From Phoronis australis (lineage: Eukaryota; Animalia; Phoronida): a DNA stretch of 64,000 bases. The first letter of the stretch is position 1. The number at the start of each line of letters is the position of its first letter. The translations under genes were made by a program, and so were the position numbers. This document shows positions 1 through 12,293 of the stretch, one piece after another. The DNA is taken from NCBI GenBank assembly GCA_002633005.1, contig NMRA01000813.1, forward strand, positions 37,170-101,169, given 5' to 3'. The notes beneath the pieces were generated by a model. It was not told the DNA's origin, searched no databases, and worked only from the letters and a program-made list of their open reading frames with translations.

Positions 1-58
1 TGTAATTTACACTTGGAAACCAAATGCTGTAGGAGTGGCGACGATCCCAGCAGCAGCA
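1..58 (-). other. candidate exon (3' boundary uncertain or outside window)
   Basis: Acceptor cccttattttcag|TGCTGCTGCTGGGATCG on the minus strand, with the intron ending at 59. Two frames stay open to the window edge (LLLGSSPLLQHLVSKCKL; CCCWDRRHSYSIWFPSVNY). Confidence 0.5.
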
Positions 59-1644
59 CTGAAAATAAGGGCGTTTCAACAACATCCTCAGGCCGGCCGT
101 TGCAACGAAACTATTTCAAAGATCAAGCACTACTTTCCGAGGAGAATAATAGATGAAATTGGTGCTTTAGAGACATGAAAATGGCTTGTCCATAACTGAA
201 CACTCGTGGGTTATGTAGAAGAAAAAAAAACGTCAGACATTCTCATCCCACCAAGGCATTTTTGCTATTGAAAATGACATGAACAAGCAAAACATATTCG
301 CATCATCCACTTGAGATTGTTGCTGACAAAAAGCCCTCTAATGAGGCAAAACGCCCCTCCATTGTTGTAAGGAGTGTGATATATGTAGTGAGTTTTGACA
401 GTTTGAAGTGACCAAATGACAACAGTCTCTTGTGTAATCTTGCAAAAATACATGGCAGGTGGCAGGGTGACAACCTGTCAGTCTCAACCATGGGCCATAT
501 AAGTCTGGATTACGAGCCAAATGGACAGCCAAGATCATTGTTGCCAGTAGGTCAGGCAGAAACCACTCATGTTTTAAGGCCAACTCATCTTTTGCGGATT
601 TTCTTTAAAGAGGTAGGTACAATTAAAGATTCAACTCTAGTCAATCTAATGAAATGTGAAGACTTCGGAAATGCGACATATTTGGAAAGCATAAATGCAA
701 AAACGTCCAACATGCCAATTATGATATATTACAGATGTTCATGCAGCAATATGTTGACTCAATAGGTAATATTCTACATACAGTTCTTAAGCGTCCTGAG
801 GACACAAAAGCATCTTTCGTTTGGCCCCAAAGTTCTAAATCTGGTGTGCAACACGGACGGAGTCGACGGGGATACAGCGTGATTTCTTTCATTCACAGGT
901 ATTTTCAGACATTTTTGTGCGCGTAGTTTGAATATCCTACCATACAACAGTGGACATTTGATGACATGATAGTGGACAAAACATGAAACAATGAAAAATA
1001 TCCCACTGCACTAAATCCATTCAAGAATGCGGAACACTGTCGGCCAACTACCCAATCGCCATCTGGTGACGAGGTGTATTTCACCATGTCGCCACTACAT
1101 CATAAATGGCTATTAAAATGATTCAATTTTAATCAGCCCATCATTATGCAAATATTTTGGACATAGCATATTTTGGTCATTACACATTAAAACAATACAA
1201 AATGAAATAAAATACGTTTCACATTTTCTTTTAATAATGAATGTTACTTTGGTTGAAGACTCAATTTTCATTAGTTTATAAATCAAAATGTGAAAATTCT
1301 ACTTGAAAAAAGAAAGCCTCACAACCTGATTAAGATTAATGTTTTTGTAAGTACACCATGTCATGGAGAACAGGAGACCTAAAAAATGAATGGACACTTG
1401 ACAGTTATCTGGTTAATGTACATAATCTAAGACCAAGATAAACATTTTAGTCATGCACCCCTTTGATAACAAGACATGACTCAGCCACCTCATAAATGTG
1501 CTCTGACAAAATTCTACACGCAATAGAAACGAGCAAATCGTTTCAGCACCAAAGCAAGCTAACCCAAATGGGTGGCCCAGGGGTAACAACTCGCCTTGTG
1601 TGACCATTTAGGGATTGGTGAAATGGAAGCAAGCAAGCATTCTT

Positions 1645-1724
1645 CCATTTGCCTGTTCTTGGGCCTCTCATGCAGTGCTCCTGACCATTAGCCTGTTCTT
1701 GGGCCTCTCATGCAGTGCTCCTGA
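1645..1724. repeat. 40-bp tandem duplication (2 copies)
   Basis: ccatt(t/a)gcctgttcttgggcctctcatgcagtgctcctga occurs twice with one mismatch. Confidence 0.95.
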
Positions 1725-2510
1725 ATCTATGCCTCAAGCCCTCAAGCCAGACAGGTTATTTTCTTATGGTGATCTCTATGTAAAGTGTGACCAAAAACTC
1801 AACGCACAAAATGTGTATAAAAATTCTAAATCAAGATTCTGTTGTAAAGAAAAAAAATCCAATTCAAATTGATATTTGTTGTAAAATTTTTGTGAAAAGA
1901 TCAAGACTGAAGGTTAAGTGTACCAAAGTTGAAAAAATTAATGGATTCATATAAGATAAATAGAAATGTTTATGATTTTTTGGAGTCACCCTATATTTCG
2001 AAGACTAAATGCTGCAGAAGCAATACATAGTACATAAACCCATCACCAGATGTCACATCCATACACAGCAACATGCAGTGCTAACCATACAAGATAGGTG
2101 GCACTAGTTTATTAGCTTTTGTTATTGACTTAGTGACTGAGTACGCTAAAAGTCAGCAATCACTAAGAATAAATAAAGTTGATTTTTTTGTCTCTTGCAT
2201 TTCTCAAAAAATTTTTCTTCTGTCTATTGGGGCAGACTATAGATTTCTGCCCTTTGAGTTGTAGAAAGATTTTCCAACTTTTAGTCTAAGCCTGCCGGAT
2301 TTTCGGAGACTCGGTTATTTTTAGCTTAAAGTCCGAAGACAACAGACCATTCAAGAAAGAGACCCTAGATGTCAAGATGAACTGGCCCTCTTGGCCATGA
2401 GTCACCACTTCTGTTCCACACGTATATCTAATTAATATGTCAACTTACAGGTTGGTCCCTTTACCATTTCCGTTTATTAATTGCAGATGAAACCAAAGAT
2501 GCAACAGTCA

Positions 2511-2602
2511 CTAAGAGGGTCCCCATATTTTAAGAACCAGTTTGATGCTCGTTATTCTGTGGAGAAAACTGCTTCTCAAAATGCGAGGCCCTTGTAACTG
2601 AC
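2511..2602 (+). mobile_element. short MITE-like dispersed repeat, family B
   Basis: Core tttt(a/g)agaaccagtttgatgc...gagaaaactg..tctcaaa with imperfect inverted ends. Similar copies at ~16065, ~29575 and ~43770. Confidence 0.75.
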
Positions 2603-2715
2603 TATCACATGAAAACTTGGAAAAAGCAACTTGATATACAGGTTCTATAGGTAAAAGTCAGTAGCCGTCGTCTCTTTTTGGAGCTTATGTCAACACAAAG
2701 AGTATGAATACTTAC

Positions 2716-2749
2716 GAGGTTGGTCTGTCTCCTCTAGCGCAGCTCAGTA
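2716..2749 (-). other. 34-nt micro-exon candidate
   Basis: Strong acceptor gtttcttttttcccttttcag| and consensus donor |gtaagt flank TACTGAGCTGCGCTAGAGGAGACAGACCAACCTC. Only one frame is open (LSCARGDRPT). Confidence 0.7.
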
Positions 2750-3090
2750 CTGAAAAGGGAAAAAAGAAACCGGGTTACTAGGGGGTCTCCTTTGGCAAAA
2801 ACATTAACAAGGTTCAGTTTGTGCAGCACGTTTTTGGGTCCTGATTTCTGCTGACGCTAATACACAGCTCAGTTAGTAAATAGCGAGGGAAAAATGAAAA
2901 TGAAAGTTCCACAAAGCGAAAAAATCGTTTGCCATGTAAAGCAGAAATAGCCCAGGCTTTTCCAACACAACTCATGATTTTTAACTGCTCAGAACTTTTC
3001 AAACATGGTGCTACACAATGTTTGAACATATGTAGCAAGACCATTGGATAACGTCTTTAATAAAAATCAAACAAGTTTTAGATTAACACC

Positions 3091-3330
3091 TACCGTAAAA
3101 TCTCACCATTTTGGACAAACATAATTTATCGAAAATGCACCTTTTTCATTTTCAAGAGCTTGTAACAGTGTTGTGTTCCTGATTTTCAGAGTATTGTTTT
3201 AAGGTGGGTGCGATTCAAAACTTGATTACGGAAAACTATTTAAGTTGGTGCTACATATATTTGATGGAAAAAATGGTAAAATTTCACTTGTCCGCCATAT
3301 TGTGGCCTAAATTGGAGAGATTTCACCATC
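3091..3330 (+). mobile_element. old ~240-260 bp non-autonomous DNA element (MITE-like), family A
   Basis: Starts taccgtaaaatctcacc and ends aaattggagagatttcacc (imperfect TIRs), with internal atttcacttgtccgccatattg. Related copies at ~12050, ~17876, ~36075, ~37831 and ~38986. Confidence 0.75.
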
Positions 3331-4500
3331 TAAATTTTGAAAGATTATTACGATACGTTCAACAACATTAGTTCCATATTGTGAAGGGGAGTTAACTCCA
3401 TACATTCCATGTCAATGAACAACTGGTTCAACTGTCTGTGTATTAGCTTATAGGGACATCTGGTGTCAAATGATAGGCATTGCTTCCAAACCAAAGGAGC
3501 AAATCTCAATACAACTGGACGTTGTACTGGGAATCTCTGAACATATTTATTCATGTTTTTACCGAATATGAAAAAAATCAAATAGACAGTGCAGATTTCA
3601 GTGCTGTTCAGCTCAGCAAATTATTTTGACCCGCAACACAGATTTGTTGTTCTCCTGTATCCTAGCAACATCATCGAAGCTTAAATCTTTGAAGAACAAA
3701 ACACCCTTTGCAAACATGTCTTTTAATGACATGACATGAACAAGGGAATTTTACACTTGTCAATGTCTTGTTCACTAAAGGCAGAGGGTAAATTCAAACA
3801 ACTTTCTATTATTTATACCACAGTATCAATGTCATTTTATTGACCATTCATCATTTTGGCTAGGCCCTTTGACTACTTATGAACTGATCTGACAAGAATG
3901 TCAACATTTAGCAGACAAAGACTACACAGACAGACACACAGACAGACAGATCAAACAACCCCCAGAGGGAGCCACATGACAGGAGGCTATTAGCACCAAC
4001 TGGCAGTGACAAATCTCCAAACAAACAAGAAGCTCCTGTCAGTGGAGACATACTAAATACAAAGAAAACAGAATGCTCAACAGGATATCATAAGTCCTTG
4101 TCTGCATGATTTAGAGAACTGTAAAACCAAGAAATCAGACAAACCATGGGACATTATTGTCAGATGAGGTGGTGTTCATAATTTACCCCAGCTATTTAAT
4201 CGCTTAATGTAAACAGTCACCCATGTGCACTAATAAATATTTTCTTTAGCAGATTATAACACAAACTAGTGTGTAAACAATTAACTGATTAGCTGTCATG
4301 GCAGCTAAAACTAGTATACATTCAATAAATGCTCTTAAGTAGCACTCTGCACTCAATGGAATCACCAACAAAAACCTTCTACAGTAGTCTGGAACACCAT
4401 TTGCTTGCCAAATAATGATTTCTGAGGATGTGGTTACGATGTCTTTTGTCACAATCCCATAAGCAAAACTCCAGCCCGTGAAAACTTTTTTACAACTCAC

Positions 4501-4902
4501 ACCCCCCAAGTCCCCTCCAGTAGCCACACTGGAGTTTCCACTGAAGGATAACTACCATGTGGTGCATCTGATTCATAATCTCGTGAAAACCAGCGTTGCA
4601 TGTCACGCGCCCCCCAGCAATTGCTACCATTGCAGAAGAGTAGCGGAACTCTGCAGTTCAAACCACCTATTTTGGGAGGAGTTGCGATGACTGAGCGAAA
4701 CCTTGAGCGAAACTCCACAAAATGCGGAAGTTGCGGCATGAATGGGAAAGTAACATTTAAAACGGGAAACTTAGAAAGCGAATACCCGCTGCGCGAAGTC
4801 AACTCAAGTTTGCAAAGTGGAGTCATCACGAAATCTTATATTTGTACTACGGTTAGAGCATCGCCAATCTGAAGTCAGATGCAACTGACTATGAAGCCGT
4901 AC
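4501..4902 (-). other. CpG-rich candidate exon, possibly containing a start codon (ATG at 4630)
   Basis: Donor GGGT|gtgagt at 4501/4500. Possible acceptor tttatttgtcttcgaag| at 4903, although that site also reads as a donor. ATG at 4630 opens MVAIAGGRVTCNAGFHEIMNQMHHMVVILQWKLQCGYWRGLGG up to the donor (phase 1). Confidence 0.5.
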
Positions 4903-7673
4903 CTTCGAAGACAAATAAAGTAATTTTACAAACAACGAACAAATTTACAATTTTTTGTTTTTCTTTTCGCATTATCGTGCAGTGAATTCATAATCATAAG
5001 CTGATCATACTAAATCAGAACCAAAAATCCATCTCATGAAGGGAGTGTGCATGGAACATGACAACTGCTGTCCAACTCAGATGGCTGAAAAATATCTTCG
5101 CAGACAATAAAACATTTGGGCACATTTTCGTCCTTTTGAATAAGGAAACAACATGCATACTTTGATATTAGTAATTTTGAGACCAAAACTGAATTAGGAT
5201 AAGAATTCAAAATTGGTGAACCGTCGTTAAATGTAGCAGAGCCACTTTTATGCAACCAGTCAACAAGGTTTTGTTGAAGTGCTTACACATTGTGTGTCTA
5301 GCAAATCTGGGTAAAACCCACTATAAGACACGCTTTGAAAAAATTATGAGCACTCATAAGAATGATAGAACCCTTCAATTCTGGCAATCATTTTGTTCGA
5401 AAGTGGTGATACTTTACAATAACAACCAAACTCACCAAAGTTCCAATAACAATTACTTTAATACTTTTGAATATTATTAATCAACACAAATGGTAGGAAT
5501 GGAGTAACAGTTAGTTAGCTTACTGCATCAGTAATTTATGGATTCCCTAAACATGTACTCTGATAATAGCAAAATTAACAGTTTATATCACACGCACCTC
5601 TTGTCATCCATTACGTCAACCACGCATAATCATCAGCATTTAACCCACTCGTAAACATTAGCTTACCCATAAAGACCAGAAAAGCAATCATTTTCCACAA
5701 CATCCCATTTAGATATGACAAGCTAAAAAGAACGACCAGCAGGATGGCTGACTAGAACACGACTACTCCCCATAGATATACTGTGCATCAAGTGGGGCTG
5801 AAGCAGATCGAGCCTGGTAAAATATTTAAGTCCTCGCAATCCATTAATAAATTGAAATCTATTACGATCAGCCTGTGGCTTAAGTACTGGGACCAATGAT
5901 GGTTGAGGAAACACTGATGGTCTAGTTTGATGGACGTACCAAATGAGCTAATATATTTTAATTGCCATTTCACATAAATTCTACTAAATCTACTGTACAA
6001 TTTGGACCGCAACACGGCATTAAATTTTCAACCATGACAGATTTATGTCTTTTAAGAGTTTCACAACAAATCAACCTTCATTACAGACAGTAATTTTTCT
6101 TAAAAACAAAACGTCGAATTTGATTCAATTCAGAAATGCTTAGCAGTCATTTTTACAGCTAGTCCAACAAAACTGACCATGGCATGGCATGACCCACAAC
6201 TGGTTCCCATAAATATTAGGGGGGACAAATTATATAATAGTTTTATTAATTGACAACATGTTTCACAAACACAGAAACACTTCTTCTCAAACGAAGCATA
6301 CAGTCTGTAGACCTAGATTTTAGCCTCTGACATAACTGCTGCAGACTGGTTGAATGTTGAAACATGTTTACTGCATATCAGTGATGCATGACAGTCATTA
6401 TTGATGATGATAATAACTGCTCATCTTGATCCTGGAGGTTGAGTGACGCCTCTAGAGACATATTTACACACTATTGATGGCGCAGTTGTTCAAGAGTAAC
6501 CTCTTCAGTAGCATGAAGTGTGCAGAGTGACTTTACTACACGCCAAGATTTAGTAGTTAAGTAAATTTTATCTCGTTATAGTAGTAATAAGCTGAAGTTT
6601 TAAATGGTGACGGTAAGCAGATGGGGCACAAAATGGCTGCACTTGAGTGCTTTCCATTTTATTGTTCTCTATGTTCCCTTGATTAACTAGAACTCTGTCA
6701 TGACTCCCAAATTTGGACAAACTTCTTGCTAAAATTATTTAAGTTGCAGTTTTATTGCAGCAAAGTAGCATTTTTGTTGAATTTTAGTTAGAGTGTAAAC
6801 TGGAAGTAAGTGTGCCTGGCCAGTAATTTTTCGTAGGTAGATGGACTGGGAGTTGTTTCAGGTAAGTTCTTGTGATTTCAACAAAGTGTGCGGATTAGTA
6901 CCTGTCGAGATTTTGACGAGATTTCTCCCTCCTCCCGTAACAACCATTGCGTTAGAAAACAAAGCACACAAACACACACAACAGATGTAGTAAGGTCATA
7001 TTTTCATGAAAATCTTTTTGAACGCAAAAATTTAAAAATCAATTATGGGAAATGAAATTTCTAAGGAAATCTAACTTTTAAGAATGTTTTGCACTGTGGT
7101 GGAGATAACTTTAACCAACAGCTGTCTCTGAACAACATTTGGCAATACTTTGAGAAGCTCCAACAATGCAGAAAGTCCTTGAAAAATTAACAAAGGCAGC
7201 TGCATGTTACCAGAGAGTTAAGTCAGAAAATGAAGACTGTTTACCCTCTCTATAAACAAGGGTTGACAGTGGCTTCATTGATTTTAATTCCATTTCAGAC
7301 TTAAGTTTTTAATCAGTTCCCTTGGAGAATGGTCATAAACTGACGCCATAAAAACATTGGAAGCTAGGTTATGTAGAAAAAATACCAGATGACTGAGAAG
7401 ATGGACACCAGAATATTTTAACAAGTAACACATTTAACAGACCAGCGCTGCAGAAGGCAGCTGTACCAGTTGGAAAATCTATCAGGCACCAACGCAGAAC
7501 GCATTTAATGATTTTTTAACAGATCTGGGTCAGTTTGTTGTTGATGATGAAGTATGTCGTAATTAAATCTTTAAGTTTGGAAACTGTGCAAAATATAAAT
7601 CTCAACGACGCTGACAACTGAACAGATATAATGTCAGAATTTAAAGATTTGTGAATCGATCAAACACATTTAC

Positions 7674-7725
7674 CTTGCAGTTGAGACTACTTAACAATAC
7701 TGTTTACCACAAACTCTTAAGTGCT
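7674..7725 (-). other. 52-nt candidate non-coding (5'UTR) exon
   Basis: Acceptor gtcttttcattcag| and donor AAG|gtaaat; stops in all three frames. Confidence 0.4.
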
Positions 7726-8772
7726 CTGAATGAAAAGACTTTTTTATAAAAAAAGCGGACAGGTTTCCACCCATTCGTTCTTGAGCAGGTACTAAAAATT
7801 CTTGTTGCTATTCAAAAACTTCTACAATAACGCACATTTCATAACCAACACCTAAAACCGTAAGAGTGCCTCAAAATCTTGTAAAACTTGCGGAAGCCAC
7901 CATTACCAAAAAATATGGCTATGGACGTTCATTTCATGCCTAATTTTAAATAGCCTGAACAATTAACAACCAAATTAACACCTATTCCAAACGTCACTGG
8001 TCCAAATGACCTGACCACATGTACCATGGAGAACTTGGCCGTACACAAATTGGCTATGGAGTCACCGTTAATGAGCAGTGTTTTTTAGCACAAATATGTT
8101 ATCGCTAGACAAGTGTAATTAACGTTGAATTCTCCTGTCTACCTGCTTTCTTAATTAACAATTAAGGTGATCGCTTGATTGCCATGCCTGTGAAATCCAT
8201 ACACTAACGTCGCAGGTACCCACCCCACAAGTCTTGACATCTACCTGGATCATTAGTCACCTAGTGGTTTTAATTGACACGATCCCTTGATGAACAAAAA
8301 ATTAGCGGAATTGACTTAAAAGTAAAAATTACACGAAGGAGTCAGTTTCCTAATATTTTTCTTGTAAAATGACTTAAGCTTTATTTAACATTTCTGATGT
8401 TACGAACAAAATGCTGTGAACTGCAAAGAGCAAGCGTGCATACAAAAATAAGAAATGAAATGTATGGCTATGAAATGAACCCTTCACTTGGTTTTCTATT
8501 GCACACAGTTTAATACCGGTTCCAAATCTAAATGCAAAGAAAATTAGACCCGTACTTATGCAAATAAAGTCTGAATAAAGCAACCAATTTTAAATTTAAA
8601 TAAATTATTTTTGGCTCACATTGTTAACGTCCACAAACTTAGATTCAATTTAGAAGAAAACCGGCAGTGACACAACTCCAAGAAAAGCGTATTTCACTTT
8701 CAAGATAAGCAACTACTGTTTTTGTTACCTTTAATAAAGTAAAGATCCTTGTTTATCTTGAATAGCATTTTC

Positions 8773-8802
8773 CTGTTAATTACTGTTCTGTTAATTACTG
8801 TT
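8773..8802. repeat. 15-bp tandem duplication
   Basis: ctgttaattactgtt occurs twice. Confidence 0.9.
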
Positions 8803-11800
8803 TCGTTGGCATGTATTTAGTATTCACAGAACACAGGCCAGTGAAAGGAAACATCTTGATTCGGCATTCATTTCCTCGCACACAAATGATGGTCAGACTG
8901 TTCCAAAAGCGAGCACGACGTTGCGTTTGCTCAGTGGAAGTGAATGCAGAACTGGGCCTTTCCACTTTCTGTGGATGGTTATATTGACCTTTGACCTCAG
9001 TCCTGTATTTGCAATTGTTTTCCCCAACAATCTTTGTTTTGCTGTTACTAATATTGGTTGTGTTTGCTCCACTCCTTATTATTTCCATACTTACTTTTAC
9101 TCCACAAATATGAATACACCCACCTGGGTACTTTAACAGGGAAAATACACCCTCAAGAGATCCGTATTCTGACTTAAACGTAACATCCAAAATGGCAAAA
9201 TTCCTTTTAATAGGATTGACACCACTAAACAAGAGTGAAAACAAACCAACATACTTGGCGAAATTCGTGAATTTCGCTAAGTAAAGAGACCAGATTAAAC
9301 GTCCTGCCTTAGCTTTACATGTTTAGGGTCTGTTACTGGGGCGTTCCTTAGCCCTCATGTTGATGAATCACAAAATGACTTGGCAGACTTTTTAGCAGAA
9401 ACTTCATCACTGGATTAATTGCCCCCTTTAAAAATATTTTGTAATCAAATCTCAACTGTTGCTTGAAATGCCATTTACACATCCCAAATGACATGTACAA
9501 CATGTTGGAAAATAAACAGTCTGACATCGCAGCAGGTTGCCTTTAAAATGAATTTTGCAGTTCCTTTCTCCAACAGGAAATCAACCCCAAACGAAAACAT
9601 AGTCAGTTATGTAGTCAGACCCAGAGTATTCAGATTTTGTAAAAATGCACACGCACTTAGACTGTTATTTAAGCACTACCTGAGTCACTACAAAGAATAA
9701 ATTACATGGTTATAGCAGCTCTTAAAACAGCATTTGATACAAAATGTGGCTCATAGTCTCCCTTGTCACGACTGGAATGCTCTAGAAAACCATAAAGTTA
9801 CCAGTCCCTCCAAAATTTGATGAATTGGTTCACATCTGACAGGGATCCTAGTCCTTAATCAGTGCTCTCCACGACAGAGAATTCAAATTTGACTCGAATT
9901 AAAAAAATCATTAAGTGTTGGAAAATCCATGTCCATACTAGTACTTAACCATACTATGGAGAGTTTGGAACAAATGCATTGAACTGGAATCAAAGTCCAA
10001 AATGTCCTATTTTCCGAAATGACTAATCCCTCAACACTTCAAACTAGTTGCAAAGATTTTCAAACTCGATGCAAATAGGCAAGCCAAGCACATCATGGCA
10101 AAATTCAAATTCGACACAGTGACGAGTCAAAACAGGTTGTGTAGAACACTGTGATTCGCTTTTGCATTGGTGTGATGGAGGAATCCCAACCACCTGCTGT
10201 GTTTGGCCCTTGTTGGAACCTGTAGACAAAATACTGGAACCGTGCATGTCATTCATCCGCTAACTCCAACCTAAAATTGAACCTGATGTCATTACCATAC
10301 AGAAAGTTTGGAACCCACACAGGATAGGAAGCTCAGCTTTTATATCTCATGGCCAATAGCACTTTTACTTAAACACTACTCCTTTTTTAAACTCCTGAGA
10401 AGTAATAGCCATTAAGTTTTCATCACTATACAGTGCTTGTGCCTGATTAAGCACTCATTGCCCCATGTACATGGTTCATTCCACTTCACTGACATTCTGT
10501 CATCAACCCCTAGTACAGACACTGGGCAAGGAATAGTCAATGGTGCCCACAGACTGCGACCACTGTCTATCACTGATGTGGTTAGTGCCAAATCTGGCCA
10601 TGAAATTTAATTTTGTTTATTTCACATGCTATCCAATACCTGTGAGCAAGTAAGATCATTTTACAAACCAATCTGATATAAAATCTGCAAATGATGGCAA
10701 TGCTGTGTCTAAGTACTTGGTCTTGTCAAAATGCAGCAGACACAACCCACCTGATTAAAAAAATATTTATTTTATCTAAACATTTGTTTTGCCGTACAGC
10801 GGAAATATGACAGGCCACAGTTTGGCAACAAATTGTTAACCCACCAACACTGTGTTTTATTCGAATGATATTTTGATTTAAAAAATGAGCACAAGCGAAA
10901 AACATGAACCCAAATTGTCATTGATATAGTGTGCTATTTAAACACCAGGGGGCATGACCAGCCAGCACTTCTCATCTCTCCTGTGTTCATATGGCAGAGC
11001 TCTGGTGAACCATTTGGGACCTGCTACTTTCATTGGCAGGGCCTCTAAGATACCTCCAGATCCAGAAACCATCTATGTAGTGTACAATGCTGACACCAGG
11101 AGGCATGACCAGTCTACTTTCTACTTCACACCAACTCACATGGCAAACCGTTTAGTGGTCTGAAGACCCTGAGAGATGACAGGCATCAGTTGTGCACTTC
11201 CTCATTATAAATGACAAGCCAATGGAGTGACAGCCATGCTGCCCCAGGTTGTGAAAGCTTTGCAAGATTTCAGACACAATTTATGTCCCATTTCAAACAG
11301 CATTAAATGACCCTTATAATGTCATACTGACAGATGGATAAAAGAATGAAACCCCCACCCCACCGCAGCCTCCATGAAAAAACAGGAATAAATTATGAAG
11401 AAATTTTTATTTTGACTGTTACAAATTTGAAGCTGTTCCCTGGTCACATCTCCAGCATACACCTATGGCAAGGGTACTGCAAGTGCTAAACGTGTGAGTT
11501 AATTCATCCCTCCACTTCGTTCTCATCTGTACACAATTTTAATTAAAATTCTGACTTATTTTGCGAGGACAACCAATTGACGTCATAAATACATTTTATT
11601 TCTGTCACTGACCGAGCAACCCTCCCTGGTGCAGTGGTTCAAATGCGTTCAAATCTTGCATTTTCATCTTTCCTTGGCAGAATCATTTGGTGTCTGCTCA
11701 CAGCAGCTATAGAACACAATCAACATTCCTCTCAAACAATAATTTGACCATTGGACAAACCACAGCACAAATACCACTACTGGGATGTCAGGGATGTTAG

Positions 11801-12049
11801 GGATCTCCATTGTCTCTGGGACCAACATCAGAGTAATCAGACCTGTTTATTTATCACCAGGACGCCACTAATACAGGTGTTATGTTCCCCAGATGGGTTG
11901 GGGACATTTTTTGTTGCCAGATTTCCCCGCCAGATCAACTGTAGATCCTATTACTAAACACAGAGAGAGGCAAGTTCAGTTGTGAACGACCTCTCCCCGT
12001 TTCTGTTATTTAGGATGACTTTCCAGTGGCAGTGTGGCTACGCTACGAC

Positions 12050-12293
12050 TACAGTGAAATCTCACCAATTAAGGGCACAATGTGTTAAGTGAAATATATT
12101 TTTTGATTTCCCCTTCAAAGATATGTATCAATAAAGTAATGCTTTTATATGTCCAAGTTTCGCACCACAGCTGCTACCCAACAAAGCTCGGATGAATTGC
12201 CGACATACACGGCCTTGTTAGAACCCTTTGAAAAAATGAAAAACAGCTATTTTGGTAATTATTTTTGTCCAAAATTGGTGTAATTCCATCGTA
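12050..12293 (-). mobile_element. family A MITE-like copy
   Basis: tacagtgaaatctcaccaatt ... attttggtaattatttttgtccaaaattggtgtaattccatcgta; reverse-complement similarity to 38986-39238 and 3091-3330. Confidence 0.7.

Noticed and set aside
12027-12049. miR-34-like tggcagtgtgg
   Set aside because: Only the first 11 nt match the mature miRNA, and I see no precursor hairpin.
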